Part shown: positions 1-9,891 of the stretch, in pieces
Layout of the letters: every line of letters starts with the position of its first letter
Position numbering within the stretch: position 1 is the stretch's first letter
From: Clostridia bacterium
GTDB lineage: Bacteria > Bacillota > Clostridia > Acetivibrionales > STF1-152
DNA: 64,000 nt
Direction: 5' to 3'
Assembly (NCBI GenBank): GCA_028280575.1
Contig: JANQLN010000050.1
Span: forward strand, 14,136-78,135
Translations under genes and position numbers: made by a program
The notes under the pieces: model-generated
Told to the model about the DNA's origin: nothing
The model's input: only the letters and a program-made list of their open reading frames with translations
The model's database searches: none

Positions 1-1198
1 AGCGCCCCTTAAAGACAAGGCCTTCAGGATGCCTGTACAGGGGGTGTATAAATTTACAAAGGATGGTGACAGCCGCAGGATTATAGCGGGAACAATATTA
101 ACTGGAAAAATAAGTGCAGGGGATGAGGTGTTTTTTTATCCCTCAGGTAAAAAAAGCAAAGTAAAATCAATAGAGGAATTCGGCAGGAAAAATGTTACCT
201 CGGCATCGGCGGGACATGCTGCAGGATTTACATTGACAGAGCAAATATATGTAAAAAGAGGAGAGATTGCAGCTGTTAAGGATAAACCCAGGGTATCAAC
301 AAGGATAAAAGCCGGTATATTCTGGCTTGGCAAAAAGCCAATGGAGACTAATAAGAGGTATTTGTTGAAGCTGGGAACTGCAAAGTCCGGCATGTTTATT
401 GAAAGAATTGATAAGATTATGGATACGTCCCAGTTAACTTACAAAAAGAAAAAAAGGATTGACAGGCACGATGCCGCAGAATGCATTATAAAAACTGAAA
501 AAGCACTAGCCTTTGATATTTCCCGGGATATTTCAGATACAGGAAGGTTTGTAATAGTAGACGGGTACGATATTTGCGGAGGAGGAATTATAAAAGAGGC
601 GCTGGAGGAGGTTCCTGAAAACATAGTCTGGAACGAAGGGAAGATATCATATGAGGAAAGGTGCAGGCAGCTAAGGCAAAAAGGTATTGTAGTTTGGTTC
701 ACCGGGCTTTCCGGTGCGGGAAAATCCACAATAGCAGCGGAATTGGAAGCAGAGCTTTTTGGCAGGGGTAAAATAGTTTACAGGCTGGATGGTGATAATG
801 TAAGGTATTTTTTAAATTCCGACCTGAGCTTTTCTAAATCACACAGGAATGAGAATATAAGGAGGCTGGCTGAAATAGCGGCTTTATTCAAGGATGCAGG
901 TATAATAACCTTGGTTTCGGCAATTTCTCCTTACAGGGAAATGAGGGATTTTGCCAGGAGAAAGGTGGGAAAAAAAGAGTTTGTAGAGGTATATGTAAAA
1001 GCCAGTTTAAAAACATGTGAGAAAAGAGACACCAAAGGATTGTACAAAAAAGCAAGAAACGGTGAAATAAAAGATTTTACGGGAATATCTGCGCCTTATG
1101 AAGAGCCTGATAAAGCAGAGATTGTTATAAATACTGAAAAGATAGAGGCAGGTGAAGCAGTTGATATGATACTGGAATATCTCAGGTACGATATTTGA
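1..1198 (+). CDS. cysNC: Bifunctional sulfate adenylyltransferase subunit 1 (C-terminal part) / adenylyl-sulfate (APS) kinase; 5' end lies outside the window
   Basis: The frame stays open from base 2 upstream of the listed ATG (PLKDKAFRMPVQGVYKF), so the gene is cut by the window edge. The N-terminal part resembles CysN/EF-Tu-like domains II-III. The C-terminal part is a canonical APS kinase: P-loop VVWFTGLSGAGKSTIA, LDGDNVR, ISPYREMR, TGISAPYEEP. Confidence 0.85.
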   Translation, partial: APLKDKAFRMPVQGVYKFTKDGDSRRIIAGTILTGKISAGDEVFFYPSGKKSKVKSIEEFGRKNVTSASAGHAAGFTLTEQIYVKRGEIAAVKDKPRVSTRIKAGIFWLGKKPMETNKRYLLKLGTAKSGMFIERIDKIMDTSQLTYKKKKRIDRHDAAECIIKTEKALAFDISRDISDTGRFVIVDGYDICGGGIIKEALEEVPENIVWNEGKISYEERCRQLRQKGIVVWFTGLSGAGKSTIAAELEAELFGRGKIVYRLDGDNVRYFLNSDLSFSKSHRNENIRRLAEIAALFKDAGIITLVSAISPYREMRDFARRKVGKKEFVEVYVKASLKTCEKRDTKGLYKKARNGEIKDFTGISAPYEEPDKAEIVINTEKIEAGEAVDMILEYLRYDI

Positions 1199-1210
1199 AT
1201 AAAAAATTAT

Positions 1211-2203
1211 TTAAAAACAGCTTTTTAATACTTTTATTACGAAAGCCGCCCTGTCTTTAAATGTATGGTTTTTATAAACCTCGGCCTGGCCCTTAAGTGC
1301 AATCCTGTTTCTTAAATTATCCCTGTTAAGATAGAATTCAATGATTTCTATTGTTTCATCAGAAGATTTTGACCATTCCATGTGGATTCCCTTTTTGAAA
1401 TACCTCTCAAGGCCTGGAGAATACTGGCTGAGGTGGAATGCACCGCAGCCGAGCGCATCAAAAGTCCTTGATGAAATCATGCTTGTTGAGTTCCCGACGG
1501 TTTGAAGGCCAAGGGCAATTTTACACGATGAGTAAACCTGGGGTACTTTCTCATACGGTAAGATAAGTCCGTAATTTTTCATGGGAAGCTTGTAAATCCT
1601 GTCGCCGGACCTCCACCACAATCCCCAGGCCATGAAATCATAATTGCCTTGTGCAATGGGTTTTATCAGGTTTTCTATTCCGTTAAGCCTGTATGCAAAA
1701 TATGCGGGGTCCCACGTAACATTGTAATTATGTCCCAGCAAAACTATGTCGTGCTTTAAGCTGTCACACACAGGTACTTTTTTGTGGTGCGAGGAGCAGC
1801 AGGCAAAAGGCAGCAGGTAGGCGTTTACACCATTTTTCTTATAATTATCGATACACTCTGCGGCTGTTGTAAAAAGAATATCTGTTTTTTTACCTATAGG
1901 AAGTGACATATAATCAAAGCATGGCGGATCGTCCGTTGCCCAGTAAATATGAAGCACGCCCTTTTTATTCAAGGTATGATAAAAAGAATCAATGTTTTCA
2001 AGATTTGACCACCAGCCATAGGAGAAGACCACGTCAGGTTTAAATAGGTTTAATAATCCATTTAATTTATTTTCCAATAAAATATAATCCATGTTTTCAT
2101 ATTCGTTAACGTACTCAAGGGTTTCACAGCCTGATTTCTTAAAGCCTGACTGGATATATTTAAAGCTCCTTGGGTTGAAGTTGAAAAACAGGATTTTATA
2201 CAT
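1211..2203 (-). CDS. CgeB-family (spore-maturation-type) glycosyltransferase-like protein
   Basis: 330 aa. The C-terminal block ISSRTFDALGCGAFHLSQYSPGLERYF...FYLNRDNLRNRIALKGQAEVYKNHTFKDR is the pattern I associate with CgeB/YkvP-type GT1-like domains. RBS AGGAAGTG lies 5 nt before the ATG. The gene is tightly coupled (11 nt) to the upstream gene. Confidence 0.6.
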   Translation of the reverse strand: MYKILFFNFNPRSFKYIQSGFKKSGCETLEYVNEYENMDYILLENKLNGLLNLFKPDVVFSYGWWSNLENIDSFYHTLNKKGVLHIYWATDDPPCFDYMSLPIGKKTDILFTTAAECIDNYKKNGVNAYLLPFACCSSHHKKVPVCDSLKHDIVLLGHNYNVTWDPAYFAYRLNGIENLIKPIAQGNYDFMAWGLWWRSGDRIYKLPMKNYGLILPYEKVPQVYSSCKIALGLQTVGNSTSMISSRTFDALGCGAFHLSQYSPGLERYFKKGIHMEWSKSSDETIEIIEFYLNRDNLRNRIALKGQAEVYKNHTFKDRAAFVIKVLKSCF

Positions 2204-2214
2204 AAGGTCACTTC

Positions 2215-3885
2215 CTAAACTGTTACATATTCTTCATATCTATCGGTGCAGGATGCTATTGAACATTTCTTCAGGAATTCTTCATGCCCAATCTTCCAGG
2301 TATGGTTTTCAGGATTTGCACCCCTTACGCATACATAGTTGAACCTGTCCGAAGAATAAAGCCTTATGCCGTTAACAAGGCAGTCCCTGTAAAACTGGGT
2401 ATCCGTACCTTTTTGGAGGCATTTAAACCTTACCCTGTCAAAAACTTTCCTTTTAGCAACCATTGTTGCTCCCGATAAAAAATCTGAGTAAAGGTTTTCA
2501 AGACCCGGAAATCTTACCGCCAGGATTCTTAATTCCTTTAAATAGCAATAATAGCTGTACTTGCCTGCTATGTCTGCGTCGGTGTATTTGAAACAGTTTA
2601 CAAGGTCTCCCAGGTATTCGGGGGCATAATAGTCATCGTCGTCAAATTTGGCAATATATTGGCATCCGGACTTTTCCACTGCAAAATTCAAGCATTCCCC
2701 CAGGGTTTTTTCGCCATCTAGCCGGAATACCTTTATATTCTTGTAAAAAGCAGCTTTTTCAAGCCATTTTTCCAGGTTAAGGCTGCTGCCGTTTAGAATG
2801 ATAATGAGCTCTTTTTCCTTGTAGTTCTGGGCAGCATAGTTTTTAAAAACATTGTTGATAAACCCATCCTTATTGGTACATGTGATTATTGATACATTGC
2901 CGTTTTCGACGGTTTTTCTGCAAATACCCGTCTTGTCCAGGATATCATTTAATCTATGGGTGCAGGTGTGTTCTTTCAATACATTTCTTAGACCTTTAAG
3001 AGACAGCTTATTTCTTTCTGCTTCGTTGCCAAGCAAAAATTCAAGATGCTGCGCTGTATCTTCTTTATTTTTTGAAAGCTTGACAATACCGGGAAACATT
3101 TTCTCCAAGCCCTGTGAATAATTACTGACTACATTTGTTCCGCAGGCCAGCAGCTCGAAAATTCTCCTTGAAAACATGGTGGGGCTGTCCTTTACCGTGT
3201 TTACATTTAAGAATATGTCATATTTTTTATAGGCGGAATACATTTGTTCAGGGGAAAGGTATCCCCTGATACAGGACTTGTAATCATCTGGAAATTTATA
3301 GTAATCATGCAGGGTATAGTTATATTTCCTGTCATATATGTGCAGACCATAATGTAATGCAGGCTTTAGGAGCATTTCCATATCATTTATTCTCTCCGGC
3401 CTCAGGCTGTACCAGGTGCCTGCAAATGCTACTTTCCCAAGTTTTAAGGCATTTCTGCCCACCGGATTATGAATTTTTGGCTGGGCTGCAAAAGGCATTG
3501 TATATATGTGCCCGTGCCCTGCTTTTTCCATGTAAGCATTAATACAGCCGGAATCAGTTGTAAATATATGGTCAAATTTTACTGCTATATCAATAAAGGT
3601 GTGAAAATGGACGGGATCGTCCTTGCCCCAAAACACTGTGGGAATATTATGTTCCATACACCATTTGATAATCTCGTCACCCTTTTCCATACCGGCTGCG
3701 GAAGCTCTGAAAAATTCTTTGAACGCCGTATTCCATGCCGACTCTACAAATAGAAGGTCAGGTTTTTTATGGGACATGTTTTCTTTCCAACTGGCCGTAT
3801 CAAGCTGTAAAAGACAGCATTCATGTTCGAAGCAGCTGTAACTGAATTCATCCAGGATACAAGCAATTGTAAGTTGATTGTTCAT
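2215..3885 (-). CDS. Two-domain glycosyltransferase: N-terminal CgeB-like domain fused to C-terminal GT2 (GT-A) domain
   Basis: 556 aa. The N-terminal half has ACILDEFSYSCFEHE...PDLLFVESAW and SRRIFELLACGTNVVS...LGNEAERNKLSLKGLRNVLKEHT (CgeB-type). The C-terminal part has VSIITCTNKDGF...ELIIILNG...KFDDDDYYAPEYL (GT2 with DxD). Confidence 0.65.
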   Translation of the reverse strand: MNNQLTIACILDEFSYSCFEHECCLLQLDTASWKENMSHKKPDLLFVESAWNTAFKEFFRASAAGMEKGDEIIKWCMEHNIPTVFWGKDDPVHFHTFIDIAVKFDHIFTTDSGCINAYMEKAGHGHIYTMPFAAQPKIHNPVGRNALKLGKVAFAGTWYSLRPERINDMEMLLKPALHYGLHIYDRKYNYTLHDYYKFPDDYKSCIRGYLSPEQMYSAYKKYDIFLNVNTVKDSPTMFSRRIFELLACGTNVVSNYSQGLEKMFPGIVKLSKNKEDTAQHLEFLLGNEAERNKLSLKGLRNVLKEHTCTHRLNDILDKTGICRKTVENGNVSIITCTNKDGFINNVFKNYAAQNYKEKELIIILNGSSLNLEKWLEKAAFYKNIKVFRLDGEKTLGECLNFAVEKSGCQYIAKFDDDDYYAPEYLGDLVNCFKYTDADIAGKYSYYCYLKELRILAVRFPGLENLYSDFLSGATMVAKRKVFDRVRFKCLQKGTDTQFYRDCLVNGIRLYSSDRFNYVCVRGANPENHTWKIGHEEFLKKCSIASCTDRYEEYVTV

Positions 3886-4021
3886 ATTTTCATCCTACTT
3901 TTATGAGAATCCTTGTTTACCTTTATCCATAATATTCAATAGGTATGGCTAAAGTGAAACTGCAACAAAAGTAATTCAATGTCATAAGATGATTTAAGGT
4001 AAAATTTTTGTGAGGTGAAGC

Positions 4022-5149
4022 ATGAAGAAGCTGAAGGTAATGACCATATTGGGAACAAGGCCTGAAATAATCCGTTTGTCCGCAGTGATTAAAGCATGTG
4101 ACAAATACTTTAGCCATATATTGGTACATACAGGACAAAACTGGGATTACAGGCTCTATAAAATATTTTTTGAGGAATTAAATTTGAGGATGCCGGATTA
4201 TTTTCTGGAATCAGCAGGAAAAAACCTGGGAGAGACGATTGGAAATATTATTTCAAAATCATACGACATACTATGTAAGGAAATGCCGGATGCACTGCTG
4301 GTGCTTGGTGATACAAACAGCACGCTGAGCACGATACCCGCCAAAAGGCTTAAAATACCTATATTTCATATGGAGGCAGGGAACAGATGCTTTGACCAGA
4401 ATGTCCCGGAGGAAATCAACAGGAGGCTTGTAGACCATATCAGTGATATCAACCTTCCTTATACCCAACACAGCAGGATGTACCTGTTAAGTGAAGGCGT
4501 CAGAAAAGAACACATTTTTGTTACCGGCTCTCCCATGCCCGAGGTTCTGTTTTCCTGTATGGATAGAATAGAGGCAAGTGATATCCTGGATAAGCTTAAG
4601 CTCCAAAAAGACAAATATATTCTTGTAAGCGCCCACAGGGAAGAAAACCTTGATACGGATGCAAATCTTTCAAACCTGGTCCATGCCCTTGATAATGTGG
4701 CAATAGAATTCAATATGCCTGTCATATATTCCACTCATCCCAGGAGCTCAAACAAGATAAAAGAAAAGTCAATAAAATTCAATCCTATGGTTAAAAGCTT
4801 AAAGCCCTTTGGTTTTTTTGACTATAACAAGCTTCAGCAAAATGCCTATTGCGTACTTTCCGACAGCGGCACATTAAGTGAGGAATCTTCAATTCTCAAT
4901 TTTCCCGCCGTACTGATTAGAACAAGCACCGAAAGGCCTGAGGTTCTTGATAAAGGTTCTATTGTTGTAGGCGGACTGGAAGGAGAGGATATTGTCAGGT
5001 CAATATATATGGCAAGGGATACCTGCAGCAGCAAAAATGGAAAAATAATTCCTTTAGATTACATGGATGCCAATGTATCAACAAAGGTTGTGAAGATAAT
5101 TGAAAGCTATACTAAAATAATCAACAGGGTTATCTGGTACAAGAATTAA
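4022..5149 (+). CDS. Non-hydrolysing UDP-HexNAc 2-epimerase, Cap5G/FnlC/WbjD-like subgroup of the WecB family
   Basis: 375 aa. Motifs KVMTILGTRPEIIRLS, VHTGQNWDY, LGDTNS, FHMEAGNRCFDQNVPEEINRR, LPYTQHSR. The IIRLS/HTGQNxDY variant is what I remember for Cap5G/FnlC-type epimerases rather than classical WecB (AIKMAP). Confidence 0.85.
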   Translation: MKKLKVMTILGTRPEIIRLSAVIKACDKYFSHILVHTGQNWDYRLYKIFFEELNLRMPDYFLESAGKNLGETIGNIISKSYDILCKEMPDALLVLGDTNSTLSTIPAKRLKIPIFHMEAGNRCFDQNVPEEINRRLVDHISDINLPYTQHSRMYLLSEGVRKEHIFVTGSPMPEVLFSCMDRIEASDILDKLKLQKDKYILVSAHREENLDTDANLSNLVHALDNVAIEFNMPVIYSTHPRSSNKIKEKSIKFNPMVKSLKPFGFFDYNKLQQNAYCVLSDSGTLSEESSILNFPAVLIRTSTERPEVLDKGSIVVGGLEGEDIVRSIYMARDTCSSKNGKIIPLDYMDANVSTKVVKIIESYTKIINRVIWYKN

Positions 5150-5217
5150 GCTTCTGTTTTTTTAGGATGTATCAAAAGATATTCTGCTTACATAATATGA
5201 AATGAGGAGGTGTCATA

Positions 5218-6519
5218 ATGCATGTTATGTTAAAAAGCAGGATAGAAAGCAGACAGGCAATGGCAGCAGTAATAGGATTAGGATATGCAGGGTTACCTCT
5301 GGCACTGGAAATGTGTAATTCGGACTTTGACGTTTATGGAATTGATACATCTAAAGACAGGATAAGCAGTTTGAATAAAGGTAAATCCTATGTTTCAGAT
5401 ATAAAGGATGTTCAAATAGCAGAAGTTATCAATCGAAAGCTTTTTGCAGGAAACGATTTTTCAGTCTTAAAAAATGCCGATATTATCATTATATGTGTTC
5501 CTACTCCGCTTGATAAAGTAAAAGAGCCTGATGTATCATATATAAAAAGTGCTGTGGCTCAGGTGGCCAAATATATAAGGAAAGGGACACTTGTAGTGCT
5601 TGAAAGCACTACTTATCCAGGCACAACCGAAGAGCTGGTTACATCTGTAATAGAATCAAAAAAAGGAATGCAGGTCGGAAAAGATTTTTTTGTATGCTAT
5701 TCGCCCGAAAGGGTTGACCCCGGAAACAAATACTTTAATGTAAAAAATACACCCAGGATAATTGGAGGCAGCACACAAAAATGCCTTGAGCTTGGAATCG
5801 TATTATATGATACTTTTATCAAAAGGCTGGTACCTGTCAGCTCTACCAGGGTGGCCGAAATGGTCAAGCTGCTTGAAAATACTTTCAGGAGTGTGAATAT
5901 AGCCCTGATAAATGAAATGACTCAAATGTCGGACAGTATGGGCATAAATATCTGGGAGGCTGTTGATGCCGCATCTTCTAAACCTTTTGGATTTATGCCT
6001 TTTTATCCCGGGCCGGGAACAGGCGGACACTGTATACCCTTAGATCCCATTTACCTTTCATGGAAAGGCAAAACCTGCAACTACTTTAATCGGTTTATTG
6101 AACTGGCAGACGATATAAACAGCAATATGCCCGGTTACGTTTTTAAACAAATCAAGAGAATTCTAAGCAAAAAAGATTATTCGGATGCCCGTATTTTTAT
6201 TATAGGGATAGCTTATAAAAAAGACGTGGACGATTTAAGAGAATCTCCGGCACTTCGCCTGCTTGGCTTATTCATGGAAAGCGGTGCCGGGGTTAAGTAT
6301 TATGATCCTTATATTCCAACCTTAAGCATTGGAGGATATGAATTGCATTCTTGTGAGCCGGACAGCAAAAACCTTCATGAATCGGATATTGTTGTTATAG
6401 CTACCGACCATACCTGTATTGACTATCAGTTTATAGCTGATAATTCAAAGGTTGTCTATGATACAAGAAATGCTGCTAAAAACTGCCGCACGGACAACGT
6501 AATTTTGATGGGAGGATAG
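5218..6519 (+). CDS. Nucleotide-sugar 6-dehydrogenase (UDP-GlcNAc/UDP-ManNAc dehydrogenase, WbpA/WecC family)
   Basis: 433 aa. N-terminal Rossmann motif AVIGLGYAGLPLAL, then PERVDPGN, catalytic-Cys region GPGTGGHCIPLDPIYLSWK, and AYKKDVDDLRESPA. RBS GAGGAGG lies 7 nt before the ATG. Confidence 0.85.
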   Translation: MHVMLKSRIESRQAMAAVIGLGYAGLPLALEMCNSDFDVYGIDTSKDRISSLNKGKSYVSDIKDVQIAEVINRKLFAGNDFSVLKNADIIIICVPTPLDKVKEPDVSYIKSAVAQVAKYIRKGTLVVLESTTYPGTTEELVTSVIESKKGMQVGKDFFVCYSPERVDPGNKYFNVKNTPRIIGGSTQKCLELGIVLYDTFIKRLVPVSSTRVAEMVKLLENTFRSVNIALINEMTQMSDSMGINIWEAVDAASSKPFGFMPFYPGPGTGGHCIPLDPIYLSWKGKTCNYFNRFIELADDINSNMPGYVFKQIKRILSKKDYSDARIFIIGIAYKKDVDDLRESPALRLLGLFMESGAGVKYYDPYIPTLSIGGYELHSCEPDSKNLHESDIVVIATDHTCIDYQFIADNSKVVYDTRNAAKNCRTDNVILMGG

Positions 6520-6525
6520 TTCTAA

Positions 6526-7695
6526 GTGATAATAAACTGTATATTAAATAATTGCTTTAATGGAATGGCCATTGAAAAGATAAATCAATTTGTTCAAAAT
6601 GTTAACAATATGCCTTTAAGAAGAGCCGTGCCAAAGGGAAACGGTATGATTTTTATTCCTACAAACGGGGCCGGATTAGGACATATGACAAGACTTTTGT
6701 CAATTGCAAAAAGAGTAAAAAAAATTGATCCGTTTATGGAAATAATTTTTTTCTCAACATCTTCGGCAATATATCCCATTTATGAGGAGGGATTTACAGG
6801 GTATTATCTTCCTCCGCAAACTTTGCTTCCCGATTACATTCAACCCATGCAGTGGAGTAATTTGATGAAGGAAGAGCTTAAAAGGATAATGCTTTTTTAC
6901 CGGCCTAAAGTCCTCGTCTTCGACGGAGCATATCCATATGCGGGTTTAATCAGTGCCATGAGGTGTATTCCGCAGATAAAAAAGGTGTGGGTAAACAGGG
7001 GAATGAGTAAGGAGAAGGCGGATGAAAAGAGCAAGCAGAGAAAAATATACTTTGACAACATCATAGAACCTGGAGAAGCCGGGATTGAGAATATTGGAAA
7101 GGACGGATACCATTATTCGGCCCCGGTGATTTTTCTGGAGAAGTCCGAGCTTTTAGACAGGCAAAGTGTGCGTACGCATTGGAATATTCCAAAAGATTGC
7201 AAGCTCATGTATGTACAATTGGGAGCAGGTGTCATAAATGATATAAAAAAAACAACTTCAGTAATTCTTTCGTTTTTACAAATGAGAAATGATTTTTTTG
7301 CAGTTTTTGGAGAGTCTGTTATTGGTGACAAGCTTGATATTTCCCAGCAAAATGTAATCGTATTGAGGGATTTTCCCAATTCGAAATATTTTAATGCATT
7401 TGATATTGCAATTAGTGCCGGCGGCTATAATACATTTCATGAACTGCTGTATTTTGGTGTACCGTCGATTTTTGTTCCTAATGATAATACAAAAAAGGAC
7501 AACCAGGTAAAAAGGGTTATGAATGCGGTTAATAACAGAGCCGGGTTTATTTGGGACGGATTATCTGCCCAAGTCCTTTCACAAGCTGTAGATGCAGCTA
7601 TTTTATACAGGGATGCAATTGTAGCTAATTCTCAAAACCTTATCAAGAGTAATGGAGCGGACCAGATTGCAAAGCTGCTGCTGGAAAAAGCATGA
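6526..7695 (+). CDS. GT-B fold glycosyltransferase (MurG/GT28 C-terminal-like; PseG-like alternative)
   Basis: 389 aa. Motifs IFIPTNGAGLGHMTRLLSIAKR (Gly-rich N-domain loop) and ISAGGYNTFHELLYFGVPSIFVPN (GT28-C-like nucleotide-sugar site). The true start is uncertain: GTG at 6526 or one of several downstream Met codons. Confidence 0.5.
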   Translation: MIINCILNNCFNGMAIEKINQFVQNVNNMPLRRAVPKGNGMIFIPTNGAGLGHMTRLLSIAKRVKKIDPFMEIIFFSTSSAIYPIYEEGFTGYYLPPQTLLPDYIQPMQWSNLMKEELKRIMLFYRPKVLVFDGAYPYAGLISAMRCIPQIKKVWVNRGMSKEKADEKSKQRKIYFDNIIEPGEAGIENIGKDGYHYSAPVIFLEKSELLDRQSVRTHWNIPKDCKLMYVQLGAGVINDIKKTTSVILSFLQMRNDFFAVFGESVIGDKLDISQQNVIVLRDFPNSKYFNAFDIAISAGGYNTFHELLYFGVPSIFVPNDNTKKDNQVKRVMNAVNNRAGFIWDGLSAQVLSQAVDAAILYRDAIVANSQNLIKSNGADQIAKLLLEKA

Positions 7696-7728
7696 TAGGG
7701 TGACGGATATTTTGCCACCCTTTTCACC

Positions 7729-8427
7729 TTACCCAATAAATTCTTCCATTATTTTTCTGGCTTCATTTTTATCGGTTATGACCTTTTTATGTTTAAGAAG
7801 TTGAGTTGTATTATGATAATTTGATGAGTGGAGTAAAACCACATAATTACGTTTTTGCATTATTTCATGGGCCAGTACCTTGATTATGGCCCCATGGCCT
7901 TTTATTCCCGTATATCTTTTGCCGTTCAGATAGTCTTTGACCTTGTATATATATGCGTAAAAGGGAGGAGAAGGCTGGTAGTATTCCACCAGTATATCCT
8001 GGTTTGAATCATACACATACCCGTTTTGGCTGATAAGTACCTCTGTTGTTTTTTTAGGCCTGTAGTCACGCAGCTGCTGCATATAGGTTTTATGATACAT
8101 ATTATCTGAGTCCAGGCGTACTAAATATAAGTATTTGTAGTCTTTTATGCATTGGGCAAGCTTTTCTCTAAACTGCAATGGAGTTACAAATAAAATGTTT
8201 TTGGGAAGAGCTTCATACCTGCTTAGAGACTCTTTCACCAATTCTTCCGTAACAGGATCATAGTTGACAAAGGTCAAAAAATCCTGGTTGGTTTGTTTCT
8301 TGAAGCTTTGAAGAGTGAATTTATGGAAAATATCTATTCTATTATCAATCCATTCCTTTGTTAACCTTTTTTCAGTATATTTATGTGTATTTAGCTGTAT
8401 ATTGACAATTATTATTTTTTTCTTCAT
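7729..8427 (-). CDS. Small GT-A-like transferase ('putative rhamnosyl transferase' family-like)
   Basis: 232 aa. Motifs RLTKEWIDNRIDIFHKFTLQSFKKQTNQDF and LVRLDSDNMYH (DxD-like) match my memory of that family. This is a weak assignment. Confidence 0.4.
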   Translation of the reverse strand: MKKKIIIVNIQLNTHKYTEKRLTKEWIDNRIDIFHKFTLQSFKKQTNQDFLTFVNYDPVTEELVKESLSRYEALPKNILFVTPLQFREKLAQCIKDYKYLYLVRLDSDNMYHKTYMQQLRDYRPKKTTEVLISQNGYVYDSNQDILVEYYQPSPPFYAYIYKVKDYLNGKRYTGIKGHGAIIKVLAHEIMQKRNYVVLLHSSNYHNTTQLLKHKKVITDKNEARKIMEEFIG

Positions 8428-8775
8428 TTATGACTCATCCCCTTATCTGGTACTGCAACAAAAACTACCTTAAACACTTGATTTAAAACCGGTCGGCATA
8501 CCTTTGCTGCATGAGGCATCAAGCATTGAAAAATAAAAGCTTTCGCTGCGGTACTAATAAATAAAACATAATAGTGTTATTACAATATATGCAAGGAGGC
8601 AAGGAATGTTGTAATAGGGCTACATAAAAGATGTAACACAATATGGGGATTTACATAAAATATTAATGAGGAAAGCAAAGCCGGATATTTGTATATTTAT
8701 CAAGTGTAAGTATACGGAATATTTTGAAAAGCCACAAAAAGATATAATGTATTATGTATATTCGGAGTTGATTAT

Positions 8776-9771
8776 ATGTATGAAAACCGAACAATTTTGA
8801 TTACAGGAGGAACAGGCTCGTGGGGAAATGAATTGACCAGGCAGCTGATGGAAAAGAAACCAAAAGAGATAAGAATTTTTTCACGGGGTGAGCTTGCACA
8901 GGTGAACATGAAAAGGAAATTTAACTGTAATAAGCTGAATTTTGTAATAGGGGATGTCAGGGATAAAGAGGCTGTTGAAAGTGCGTCCGAAGGTGTAGAT
9001 TATATATTCCATCTGGCTGCCTTAAAGCATGTGAATATATGTGAAGAACAACCGAATGAAGGCGTGAAAACAAACATAATCGGAACTTCCAACCTGATAA
9101 ATGCGGCTGTGAAAAACAAAGTGAAGAAGGTTATAGATGTTTCTACCGACAAAGCTGTTGTCCCGCTGAATCTTTACGGGATGTCAAAGGCTGTTGGGGA
9201 AAGGCTTACCATCCAGGCAAATAACCTTAACGGGGATACAAGGTTTGTCTGCATAAGAGCAGGAAATGTGCTTGGCTCCAACGGAAGCGTCGTGCCCTTA
9301 TTTATAGATCAAATAAAGAAATTTAACAGGATAACCATAACCGACAAAAAAATGACCAGATTTTTCATGACGCTGCCTGAAGCCATACAGCTTTTATTCA
9401 AAGCAGCGGACAGCAGCTTTGGAGGAGAAATATTTGTTGTTAGAATGCCGTCCTGTAAAATTTCAGATCTTGCAAAAGTACTGATTGAGGTTTATGGCAA
9501 TGATAAAACAAGTATACAAATTACAGGTTTAAGACCCGGAGAAAAAATAAATGAAGTTTTGCTTTCTTGCTATGAATCTCCCAATGCATATTATTTTGAA
9601 GACAATTATTACCTGATTGTACCTATGCTTGAAATAGAAGGATTGAAAGAGCATTATGGAAGCTTTAATAAAATGAAAAAGGTTAATTTTTTGGAATATA
9701 CGTCCGCCGACAAATTAATGCAGCCTGATGAAATCAAGAAAGCTTTAATGAAAGGCGGATTTATGGTATAG
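8776..9771 (+). CDS. UDP-GlcNAc 4,6-dehydratase, short CapD/PseB/FnlA type
   Basis: 331 aa. Motifs ILITGGTGSWGNEL, IRIFSRGE, FHLAALKHV, STDKAV.P.NLYGMSKA (YxxxK), RAGNVLGSNGSV.PLF. Confidence 0.8.
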   Translation: MYENRTILITGGTGSWGNELTRQLMEKKPKEIRIFSRGELAQVNMKRKFNCNKLNFVIGDVRDKEAVESASEGVDYIFHLAALKHVNICEEQPNEGVKTNIIGTSNLINAAVKNKVKKVIDVSTDKAVVPLNLYGMSKAVGERLTIQANNLNGDTRFVCIRAGNVLGSNGSVVPLFIDQIKKFNRITITDKKMTRFFMTLPEAIQLLFKAADSSFGGEIFVVRMPSCKISDLAKVLIEVYGNDKTSIQITGLRPGEKINEVLLSCYESPNAYYFEDNYYLIVPMLEIEGLKEHYGSFNKMKKVNFLEYTSADKLMQPDEIKKALMKGGFMV

Positions 9772-9891
9772 AGTACTTGTATGGAACGTTTTTAATTTTT
9801 GCAATAGGCATTTGAAATACACAAGGATTTCTAAATTCATTTTGCATAGAATTATGACGTTGCTAAATAATTAAATGAAAGGATGAATATT

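Noticed and set aside
8428-8775. The long (348 nt) intergenic region upstream of the 4,6-dehydratase gene as a riboswitch or small-RNA locus.
   Set aside because: I could not find a convincing conserved motif, stable hairpin or well-spaced promoter; the best TTGAAA/TATAAT pair is only 13 nt apart. The region is left unannotated rather than guessed.
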